Positions 52,101 to 61,625 of a stretch of 64,000 nt of DNA are shown here, piece after piece. The notes beneath the pieces are model-generated. The model searched no databases. It had not been told where the DNA came from and was given only the letters and a program-made list of their open reading frames with translations. The stretch is from Lingula anatina (lineage: Eukaryota > Animalia > Brachiopoda). The position numbers and the translations under genes are program-made. Location of the stretch: contig CM120640.1 of the NCBI GenBank assembly GCA_051362555.1, positions 2,356,001 through 2,420,000 on the forward strand. The letters are read 5' to 3'. Numbering within the stretch: the stretch's first letter is position 1; each line of letters begins with the position of its first letter.

Positions 52101-55100
52101 TCCCCACGGGATAGCTTTTCAATGGCTATTAGCAGATTAGATGGAAAGCTTTGTAGCCTGGATTCTTTCTTAATCACCAAATTATAATTTTGAAATGGAA
52201 TATGTGACATGGACAAACCAGTTGAATGAAAGTGAAATCAGAGAAAATTTTAAATGGAAAGGCTGGTTTAATTTGTCTCTAAGTCCCAGTAGCTGCAGTT
52301 GTTACTCATTAAGAAAATGTTAAAAACTAAAACTGTTTTTCATCTACTCAAAGCACATTTGTGAGTGTTTTCAGCAAGTTTCTTTACTTAAGATCCCAAA
52401 TCCACTTCCTGTCTATCAAAGCTGAGTTAAAGAACAACATAGTTAAAGCTATGATAACCTGTGGCCTCCCTTCTACACTAAGATGTTAAGGTAAAATTGG
52501 GCACAGCTGATAGGGAAATACAACACGTCTGTTTTACTGTTAAAACACATTAGAAATGTTTGAATAACAACTGCTTAGTGTTTGCAGCTTACTACTTTTT
52601 TTTTGTTTTTGGCAAGTGGGAAGAAAATGTGATTTATTTTGACAGCATCTTTTTGGAACTGATAAAGGTGCAGGTCTTTTAAAATATAAATATACCTTAT
52701 CTATAAATATATAGTAAATAAATGATATATTAATATATAATATGATAAATATGCATTAATAAATATAATAAATAATAAAATATATAAACATGTTAACCTG
52801 TGGAAATGTGCTATACTGGGTAATGTTAATTAGTCTCCATAAATATTAAAGTTTCTATAAAAAATAACTTTTGGGAAAGTGATGTCATTTTCAACATACA
52901 CCTCTCTCTCATTAAGGACACATTTAATGTACCCAGTGCCAAATTACCTCTTTTTCAGATGGTTCATTTTCGCTCCCTGATCAAGGGCGATTCAAGTGCT
53001 CTCAGGAGTGCCAGGTGAATTACGTGAACTTGAAGTGTGGAGCACAGAGACGGCAGTTTAGAAACCTAGCTGGCAAAGATGACTCTATTATCACAGCAGT
53101 ATTTGAAATACAAATGTCACCCGAGGCAGTCACAGGTGAGCATTTATTTAAGAATTTTGTAGGAAAGAGAAGCATATGTTTTTGTTGAAAGCCTTCTTTG
53201 ATGTTTTCTTTTTTAAAAGTTAAGAATTTTATGGCTTTGCAGGAATATTTTACAAATATAAAAGGTTTTAGCTCTGTTAATGTATGTTTTAAATAGATAA
53301 GGTTTAAATAGTTTAGATTTTTGTCCAATATTCTGAGTTTCAAGAAAGAAATGAATACTATTTTTTTCAGACCGTTGTGATGTGCACTGTGTTAAGAAAA
53401 GAACAGAACGAAAACTGAAAAAAACCATCAGAGCCCTAAGAAAATCTATTAACAAGGAAAGATTTTTTGTTAGGTGAGTAGATTATTTAGAACAAGGTTC
53501 AGTATAGAACTGTTTAGGCCCAGAGGTTGAAAGAAATGGAGGAACGCCACATCGTGCTGTGTAGATGGGTCTATAGCACTCCACTGAGGATGTCTTAGCA
53601 GCAGAACAAATCTGTGAAAGTTTGAGATGAGGCCCATGTCTAATCTACCTCAAACTAGCAACTTACATGATTAGCTATGTTCAGTGTGGTGTAATCTTAA
53701 GGCAAACTTTAAGGGACCATTCAGAATAGAAGATCTGAGTATCAACTGGTCCAAAGCTCAAATATGGCGGACCCTACATGAAAGGAAGCTTAATCCTGTA
53801 ATGGTCTTTCTGCCTCTCACACACCTCCCCATGCATCTGGTGGAATGGAGCAGAGATTTAATTACTGTGCCCCTGCAGGGACAATGCGTAGAGAGGCTGT
53901 TAGAGTCAGAGAGAGAATTACAGGATTATGCAGTCTTCCTTTCATGTAGGGTCTGCCATATTTGAGTCTTGGACCAGTTGATACTTGGATTTTCTACTCT
54001 GAATGGCCCCTAAGTATACATGAAATGCTATTACTATAATTACATTTTGGTATTTTCAGAATGTGGCCTGTCTAATTCTGTATATCAAATAGCTTTCTGT
54101 ATTTTTGTATTTCTACTTTTTAATGAAAAAGATGTTTTCGCCTCCTTCTCTTCCCCCTCCAGATATGAAGGTCAATCACTGGAGGTGGTCAAGAAATCTT
54201 TTAAGCCTTCAGGGGCTTATCAGCCAGTATGTGCCATAGGCCATGTTCTTGTAAAGAAAAGCTGTGGTAAGTCTCTCTCTGTATGATGAATCCATTTATG
54301 TACTACTTTAAAATTTGATATAATATATGCCTTATTCCTATCGTTCAGAATAGGACGGGATGAATGGGAAGTAGAACGCAATTCGTTTACGGCTCCAGGG
54401 TCGGTCCTGCCTAACTTTCATGATTGTTCTCTGGGACAGGTGTTTGTTGGAGAGTCATGTGGTAGGTTACCATGGAAACCATGCAAACCAATCAGTGTAT
54501 TGAAAAGATTGGCTATGATCACAATATGCTTTGCAGCACCGCTTTTTTTGGCAGGGACTGAGCGTGGATGATGTTGACACTAACAAGCTGCTTATTACTA
54601 ATAGATGATGGTGTCTCTAAAATATGTTTTAGATGGCAGCTGTTAAATATTCACATGAAATATTCTTGACTTATATCATTGTTAAAATTAAGTAGCCAAA
54701 ATCTTATTATTATCTGACACAACATTCTGAAAATGAAATCTTTCAGTTGACTTGAAAAAAAAACACAAAATCTAACTGTACAAAAGATGAGCAACTCCAT
54801 CCAGAAATACCAAGCATGGTGCATAAAGAGCAACAGTATCTGCTTTTTGTTTGATGTATTACAACCTTTGCTAATATTTACTGCTGGTGTGCAATTTTTT
54901 TTTGAGATAAACAAAGAAAAAAAAAAGAAAAGTGGTGTGTAGGACATGTATGGGCTGATATTAAGACTTGAATGCTGTGGTGTAGGCAATCATGAATTAA
55001 TTGGACTGACCCTGGGGCTGCATGAACATATGATATTCTGTTGCGGGTGACTTGCTATATATATCTGGTATACTTTGGGGTAATTCCTATTTTTCTGCAA

Positions 55101-58100
55101 CTGTTCATCATACGCTTACAGAATGTGAAATGAAATGAGGCTTTGGGGGAATTTCCATTAACAAGGCAATACTTAAATATCTTAAAGTTCTCTTGCATTT
55201 CCAGATGGTAATTTTTTAAACAAAGTCAATATACCAGTGTTAATTGTGGATGTTGTTTATGATTTAGATTTGCTTTAAGATTATGGGCTGATAATTGGTG
55301 ATATTTTTTGATCTTGATAAATATCTGATGATTGAAGCCATTAAAGCCATTTCCAGCTTAATTGCTATGTGAAAGCTTATGGTTATAAATAGTTTGATAA
55401 TGCAGTGCAAATGATTATTCTATACTTATGATGTTGAATTATACTAAATTATACAAGATCTCTCCTTTCTTATGTGTAACCCATACTTATAATATAAAAA
55501 GAAGAGTGATGTATTTTCTAGTGCTGATGTCCAACAGATAGAAAGAATTCAGTTTATCATTACTTGCCTCAGTTACTGAAGAAGTAGCCCATAAAGATAT
55601 AACCTTAAATATTCATTACTTCAATAATGAGTATTCATACTTCATCAACATGAACAATATTTTTTAAAGAATTTTTTTAGATTTATTTTAATCTAAAAAG
55701 TATCGTGGTTCATGAATTTCATAAATTTTGGAATCATATTAATAAAAAACATTTTGGAATAAGGAATTACTTGGTGGCTCCCAACCACTATATAACCCCC
55801 ATCCACCCCCACCCAACTCCACCCCAGCCTGAGTAAAGCCATCAGGTAGGTTGATGGAGGGATAACATGAGCTTTTTTGACAAAGACCCAGATGTAATTA
55901 TAATTGCGTACCTCCTTGGGTTAGTTTAAAATCAGGTTAAGCTAAGACAGTACTAAAGCACTCTAATTTATCCTGAAATTTTAAAACCAGAATAAGGGAC
56001 CGTTCACAGTGAATTTTGTCCACATAACTAATGGGCGCTAACTCCATGGGAACACTTTCTGAATGCAAATCAAATTAACAGATTAACACACCTTCTCTGG
56101 TTTCCAACATACCCATATAATCACCAGCTTTTCTTTACTCTGCTCAACGCCAGGAGGAGGAGTGTTAGTCTGGTAATCTGCATTCAGCAATAAAGAGACA
56201 CCCGTGGAATTAGTGCTCGCTAACTAGTGAAATACATTCATTGTGAACGTGCCTTATTCATCCCATGAATTCTGTTGATTCAGTGGCCTGTAGCATAGGG
56301 ACGTACTTCCATGTGAGCAGTGGGCAGTGCGTGCCGTGTGCCCAGGGGACGTACCAGGACCAGGAGGGACAGCTGTCATGTCAGGCGTGTCCAGATCAGT
56401 CCCTAGGGAAAGGAGTGGCCGGAGCCAGGAATATCACTGAATGTGGGGGTAAGGTTGCCCAACATAGCATTAATGTCATAAATTATGATGTTATAGAAAA
56501 ACTATACAGTGTGAGCCTGAGGTATGGACATTTGTGTGATGAAGTTTTAAATATAAGAACAATGTTTTTGATTAAAAATTTATGGGTGAACTTTTTGTAA
56601 ACTTTTTCATGTGCGGTACTGTATTTTTGTGTTATAATACATACTGCATACAGTATCTGTATAAATATGTCAGATAATTCAGTTCTGCCATATGACTACT
56701 GACAGTAATGTACTTAATTGTGTAGTACCAGTACCTTATAAAAATTCACTGGAAAAATAAACCCTCAATTCATACAGTAGTTGCACCTTGAGGTCAGACC
56801 TGGGGGTCACACATTGGAGGGGGGGGGGGGGGGGTCATGCATGGGGAGTCATGCCTGGGGGTAACACCTGGGGTCATATCAAGGTTCACACCTGAAGGTC
56901 ACACTTGAAGGTCACACTTGAGGGTAACACCTGGGTGTGACACCTGAAGTCCACAGGGGTCACTGTATTTCCTAAGACAATGTTCTTTCAGCAATACCTG
57001 TGGAAGTTGATTTATAAATTCCCAATTACTATTGAGGATCATGTGAGAAAGTGTTTTTATGAGCAACTTAAACTGAAATAAGTGAGTTGTGACTTCTTTG
57101 TAGTGTACAGTGTAGTCTGGTGCCAAGGACAACACTTGCAGCAGCTGTGTGTGCTTTTTATTTTTCAGTTAAGTGGGTGATTGCACAGTCTGGCCTGCAT
57201 TGAATGTACTTTTACATTTCAGTGAACTGACTTTTATTGCTTGAAATATTAAAAGTACGTGTTTGTATGTTTGTTCAGTAGAAGATATTGCATGCTTGTC
57301 AATGCATCAATTACTACAAATGTTGTTTCAAAACACAAGCTATGTATCATTATTGCTGATATGTATTTTTTATTTAAATTTGTATCTTTTATCATCATAA
57401 TATGATTGCTGTTCGTTTTGTTGTAATTTTGGTTGGACTTAACAAAATGGCAGACAACAGTGAAAATAGCTTTCAACTTCACCTTGCTGCATTTGTTAGT
57501 TGATATAGCTGCCTAATCTTTTCAAACCATATTTTTAAAATCTAAATTAGTAAAGTAGCTATTATCTTTTTGAAAATGACATTTAACAGTTTTGATCAAT
57601 TACCTAATTTTGAACCTGAATATGTTTCATTCTGCAGGTCAGTGCGGGAGGGGCTATTTCTCCTCGGATGGTTTTGAGCCGTGTGCACCGTGCCCCAGTG
57701 GTACATACCAGCCGGACTACGGCCGCACCCAGTGCCTGTCATGTGGTCAGGGAGTGGCTACCACTGGTGTGGCGTCCACTGGGTTTCAGGATTGTGTCGT
57801 GAAAGGTCAGTTGGAGGACAAAAAAGTTTTTTGAAGAGGGATGCTTTGTAGTAATATGGTCATCTCTTTGTAATACATATCACAGTAAATGATGGCCTGA
57901 AACCATGTGAGTGCGTGCGCACACATGCACACACAAACACACACACACACAAGTCTTCCAACAGGTAGGACAGAGGTGGGTTTCTGGGGACCTTGGGCAG
58001 TGATTTTAAAGACATAAAATAATAATACCATATCATATCTTTCGTCTTCCCCATCTTCTATTCCCAGCCAAGTGTCCCCCTGGCCAGCATTATGACCTCA

Positions 58101-60035
58101 GCCAGGAGAGGTGTGTCCACTGTCCTAAGGGGACGTACCAGCCTGCCTACGGCCAGAACTACTGTATGGACTGTCCTGGAGACACCAGCACTGACCACCA
58201 GGGGGCAGTGGACAGCTCAGAGTGCAAAGGTACAGTATGAGCATGCAATTCTTTAAGTACTGGGGTATGTACCTGATATCGAGAAATACAAATTTCTAAC
58301 ATTACTATTTAGATGCTGTTGCTTTGGATCTATTAAAAATTCAACTTTCTTTTAAGGAATAATGCCATAATGATGAAAGATACTGAAACTCTTTACACAA
58401 AATTACTCATATTTCAGACATGAAATGTGGGGGTCACATAGGTCTCCACCAGGGTTATATACAGACCCCAAATTACCCTGGCAACTACCCCAATAACGTG
58501 GAGTGCACTTGGACTATTGTCCCCGAGCAAGGAAGAAGAATTCTGGTGGTTGTCCCTGAGTTGTTCCTGTCAGGACAAGATCACTGCGGTGACAAGTTGG
58601 TGATGAGGAAGTCAGGTGAGGTGAAGGACATGTGCTGCCATCTGGTTGTCCAACTTGTCAAGAACAGAAGTTAGTCTGCCTGTTTGGAAAAATTTTACAG
58701 AATGGTTTTCATCAAAATCTGAATGGGTTTTCATCACAGGGCCTATTTGGCAAAGAAGATTTCAGTGTTTCTGAAACATTATAACACACTGGCACCCTCT
58801 CACAATACATACCTTGATCATCTCTTGCTGATGGTTGGGGTGTTCTGGCATATATCACTCGGGTGATAGTGTATGTATTATCTCACGCACATTCTTGTTC
58901 AGTTTAGTGGCACATTATAACCTGTGGTCTTGTATCCTGGCTACCAACCAACAATAACTCATAAAAGATGAAATGTGGCAATCTTGTTTCAGAATCTCCA
59001 TACTCCTTGGTGACGTTTGAGACATGCGAGTCCATGGAGAGACCCGTCGCCTTCACAGCGCGATCCCGAAAACTTTGGATCCATTTTAAGAGTGATAACA
59101 GGAATACACAGAAAGGCTTCTGGATTCCATATGTCACATATGATGGTATGTAGACAGGCTTCCACCCTCTTCCATTTGTTATTTCCCTTGTATAAATGAC
59201 ATCAAACATTTCATGGTGAAGTATCTTCATTCTATTTCTTATTATACTGACATGATATTCTTATCTACCAAATTTTAAGATCCTGATGGATATGTTGTGT
59301 TTTCAGGGATGATTGTGTAGTTAATGTTTGTTTTGTTGAGAAATGAGTAACTACTGCATTTTCTTTCAGAAGAATATCAAGACTTGATAGAAGACATAGT
59401 GAGAGATGGGAGACTGTACAGCTCTCACCAGCACAGAGAAGTACTAAAAGTATGTAGACTTACTTCTACCCGTGGCCCCTCTTTGAACATAAGCCACCTA
59501 CAAGACGCCATCATACACCCCTGTTCTGGGCTCTCATCTCTAGTTGGTTCTTATTCAGCTTAAATTTCTTGGTTTCAGTCTCCAACTCTCTTATCCAAGT
59601 GTTTCTTGACCTGTCCCCATTTCTTTTACTTTGTGGTAATTTGGCCATATAAAAAATTAGAGGAAGCAAGCTTTTAAATAACTGACAGAAAAATTTATAT
59701 GGAATATCTTATATATAGCATGCTTTTAATTGAAACACAATTGTTTAGCTTTGTAAATAAGACTACAACTAAAAGTTCATGCTTATGTTAAGTTTTGAGC
59801 TCATTTTCCCTTTTTTATTGCCACCTATATGATCAAAATAATAATGGTAAGATATAAAAAGATTAATATATTTCCCATTATCTTTCAGGATCGAAAGTTG
59901 CTGTCTGCACTTTTAGAAGTTATCGCTACTCCATACAATTATTTCAAGTATGCCAATGTTTCTGGATCAATGTTTCCAGCTTCTTTTATCAAACTACTGA
60001 CTCCAAAAGTGACAAATTTTTTCGTGGAGGGTTGA
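29145..60035 (+). CDS. SCUBE: Signal peptide-CUB-EGF domain protein; about 987 aa (exon 1b) or about 1174 aa (exons 1a+2a)
   Basis: Shared exons: 39520-39642, 39947-40069, 41210-41341, 43154-43261, 45337-45453, 45926-46042, 48176-48298, 50414-50530, 50905-51027 (9 EGF); 51348-51557, 51887-51997, 52959-53135, 53371-53473, 54163-54266 (spacer); 56284-56448, 57638-57805, 58068-58229 (Cys-rich); 58418-58615, 58993-59145 (CUB); 59370-59449, 59889-60035. The SCUBE-type tail [38 protein letters not shown]...YFKY is present. All phases are compatible. Confidence 0.93.
31661..31838. mobile_element. Short MITE with CAGGCCTGTA / TACAGGCC termini
   Basis: Terminal inverted repeat. A related decayed copy at about 47953-48104 shares tttgaaattgctggct. 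Confidence 0.5.
31927..32562 (+). CDS. SCUBE exon 2a: extracellular beta-rich domain of about 210 aa, family not recognised
   Basis: ttttag|GC...GAAG|gtatat, 636 nt, phase 1-1, open frame with protein-like composition. Confidence 0.8.
33895..33900 (+). promoter_or_regulatory. TATA box of the SCUBE internal promoter
   Basis: GGTATAAAGC about 155 nt upstream of GCCATG at 34053, in a CpG-rich context. Confidence 0.55.
34053..34155 (+). CDS. SCUBE: SCUBE alternative first exon 1b (complete signal peptide)
   Basis: [40 protein letters not shown], then consensus GAG|gtaaga phase-1 donor. Confidence 0.8.
37171..37310. repeat. Diverged minisatellite, about 29 bp x5
   Basis: tctg(g/a)actcgtatgtatgg..gactc repeated. 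Confidence 0.75.
38404..38646. mobile_element. Decayed Tourist-like MITE
   Basis: TAA-GATCCCATTCCCA...TGGGAAAGGGGCC; left end resembles the 24769 element. Confidence 0.4.
39035..39080. repeat. (TG)n microsatellite
   Basis: Directly visible. Confidence 0.95.
39520..39642 (+). CDS. SCUBE: SCUBE EGF1 exon
   Basis: [40 protein letters not shown]. Confidence 0.9.
39947..40069 (+). CDS. SCUBE: SCUBE EGF2 exon
   Basis: [41 protein letters not shown]. Confidence 0.92.
40660..40912. repeat. C-rich minisatellite, about 28-29 bp x9
   Basis: ccctgtactagctctaccagcccccaccc units. Confidence 0.9.
40923..41190. repeat. 142-bp-period tandem duplication upstream of the EGF3 acceptor
   Basis: ctttcactcttcattaatttgc...tttcaattgtctgtaat at 40923 and 41065. 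Confidence 0.85.
41210..41341 (+). CDS. SCUBE: SCUBE EGF3 exon
   Basis: [40 protein letters not shown]. Confidence 0.92.
43154..43261 (+). CDS. SCUBE: SCUBE EGF4 exon
   Basis: [35 protein letters not shown]. Confidence 0.9.
   Translation, partial: DGVKHGKDVPIIATLGIMPAPVALATCFTITEKIA
45337..45453 (+). CDS. SCUBE: SCUBE EGF5 exon
   Basis: [38 protein letters not shown]. Confidence 0.92.
   Translation, partial: QHVILAMVGVSTSVGIPPRVQCVPVLPSTWQELMEGLV
45926..46042 (+). CDS. SCUBE: SCUBE EGF6 exon
   Basis: [38 protein letters not shown]. Confidence 0.92.
   Translation, partial: RRVMLTMAVVLRRARIAMTALSAAVLLAISYIRIKKHV
46094..46139. repeat. (TA)n microsatellite
   Basis: Directly visible. Confidence 0.95.
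48176..48298 (+). CDS. SCUBE: SCUBE EGF7 exon
   Basis: [41 protein letters not shown]. Confidence 0.92.
50414..50530 (+). CDS. SCUBE: SCUBE EGF8 exon
   Basis: [39 protein letters not shown]. Confidence 0.92.
50905..51027 (+). CDS. SCUBE: SCUBE EGF9 exon
   Basis: [41 protein letters not shown]. Confidence 0.92.
   Translation: MSMNVPSIMAAVIMGAVTPWEALNVTATLVISSTPTRKIV
51348..51557 (+). CDS. SCUBE: SCUBE spacer exon
   Basis: [17 protein letters not shown]...LPSCS. Confidence 0.88.
51887..51997 (+). CDS. SCUBE: SCUBE spacer exon (basic)
   Basis: [28 protein letters not shown]. Confidence 0.88.
52959..53135 (+). CDS. SCUBE: SCUBE spacer exon
   Basis: [15 protein letters not shown]...[10 protein letters not shown]. 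Confidence 0.88.
53371..53473 (+). CDS. SCUBE: SCUBE spacer exon
   Basis: [32 protein letters not shown]. Confidence 0.9.
53713..54010. mobile_element. 298-bp PIF/Harbinger (Tourist)-type MITE
   Basis: Imperfect TIRs of about 75 bp (GGGACCATTCAGAATAG...CCCTACATGAAAGGAAG / CTTCCTTTCATGTAGGG...CTGAATGGCCCC) with TAA target-site duplication. Termini match the 15276 element; a solo end lies near 52036. Confidence 0.85.
54163..54266 (+). CDS. SCUBE: SCUBE spacer exon
   Basis: [11 protein letters not shown]...[12 protein letters not shown]. Confidence 0.88.
55996..56253. mobile_element. Tourist-like MITE
   Basis: TAA-GGGACCGTTCACAGTGAA...TTCATTGTGAACGTGCC-TTA, plus internal inverted similarity. 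Confidence 0.55.
56284..56448 (+). CDS. SCUBE: SCUBE Cys-rich repeat 1
   Basis: ACSIGTYF...[22 protein letters not shown]...GARNITECG. Confidence 0.92.
57638..57805 (+). CDS. SCUBE: SCUBE Cys-rich repeat 2
   Basis: [36 protein letters not shown]. Confidence 0.92.
58068..58229 (+). CDS. SCUBE: SCUBE Cys-rich repeat 3
   Basis: [42 protein letters not shown]. Confidence 0.92.
58418..58615 (+). CDS. SCUBE: SCUBE CUB exon 1
   Basis: CGG...[22 protein letters not shown]. Confidence 0.93.
58993..59145 (+). CDS. SCUBE: SCUBE CUB exon 2
   Basis: [28 protein letters not shown]...[10 protein letters not shown]. Confidence 0.93.
59370..59449 (+). CDS. SCUBE: SCUBE penultimate exon
   Basis: [26 protein letters not shown]. 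Confidence 0.93.
59889..60035 (+). CDS. SCUBE: SCUBE last coding exon
   Basis: [21 protein letters not shown]...[21 protein letters not shown]. Confidence 0.93.
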   Translation, partial: DRKLLSALLEVIATPYNYFKYANVSGSMFPASFIKLLTPKVTNFFVEG

Positions 60036-61625
60036 CACTTAACAGAAGACATGAGACTGAGGACATTGGATGTGAACAATATAAATCATCTCTGTTAGAG
60101 CCTATGTATCTGTGCGTGTTGATTGATTTAAAAAAAATTTTGTGCTCTGTTCTTCTGTCCAGTCAGTTGCATGGGGAAACTCCGGTGTTGTTTGGTTTTA
60201 AAGCAACATTAAAGAATGTTTATTTGTTACATTTTTACATTGTTTTGTAATGTAAGTCTTTCTTCAATGTAAATTATAAAGCACAATTTGAGCTACACAT
60301 ATATTGCAATTATTGCAGACATGCAGAGCCTTTAAAGGCTTTTATTTCTGCAGAAATGCCAAATGATAAGCATTAAAGGGTAAAAGTTTTGTTTTTTGCA
60401 TGATGAATGATCTCATTTTTGTAAATTGTTTCGCTTTTTGCTACTGTAAGATATCAAAGCTTTACTTATTCATGAAGAGTTCTTGCTGTGTTCAAGAAAT
60501 TTGCGACTATTCAGCAAGAGAAAAAGAAACAGAAAAGAGTTGGAGATTCCATTTCACTCTTACATCCAGTATGTTAGATTGTTTTTGCGTAAATCATGCA
60601 GATTCTTGTGTATAAATGTGATTCATGTTACATTCGTAGAGTCAACAGTGTATGTAATAGTCTTGTTGATCAGCACAGGTGTCATTCAAAGAAAAAATTC
60701 TATGAAAAATCAAAATACAGCTTTAGTATAGATTTGTGTTTGTCAAAACCTAGAATGAATGCTTAACAAAAGTAAATGTGCATATAAATAAGTAGACTTT
60801 GGTTCTAAGGAATGTTCATTGGATTTGCAAAGGAGGCCTTTTAAAAAATTTCAAGCATTTTAAAAATAATTGTTAAATGAAGATTCAAAGACAATATCTT
60901 TAAAACTTTATTGCATTCAGGATATAATGTATCTTCCCATGCTAATAATAAACATTTAAATTTGCATGGATTTGTTGTAGTGTTATTTCTCCGAGAAAAA
61001 ACCAACAAGTATGCACCAATAATGGCCATTCGATAATAACATCTATAAATATCAGGTGTCCAAGAATTTCTAGATCCATTCATGGCACAATCAATCCGTG
61101 ACATGAAAACAAAACTGTATTGTATTAAAGGTAAAAGAGCTATAAGTTGGCATATAAAGGTGTGTCAATGATATAATTGGCAAAGGTACATATTAGATGT
61201 CAGTTGTACCCAGATTTGTAATACTTGATGAACCAGGAGCTTATCATCTTAAAAAAACCGAAAAAACTTCAGCTCATACATATATCAAATTAGGATTAAC
61301 AATTTGGTTCTGTAAAATCTCCCGGGTCCTGTCTTTGATGTGATATGTAAAGAACAATAGATACACCTACTTGTAGATGGAAAAAAAACTTGTTCCCAAA
61401 TATATGGAAAACTAGAGGATCAGAGAGGCGATACCGCCTCCGAATATTGTACCACCAGCTGGAGCAAGCGCATTCGTATAGACCCCCACATACACAAAAT
61501 AAGAGACACAGCCACCAGTCTTATGCTTGACAAGCTATAAAAATGCAATCAACAAGAATTTTCAAAATACGCAAAAAATATATATAACTTAAAATGGTAC
61601 AATCAAAATTAAGTTCATCGTAAGG

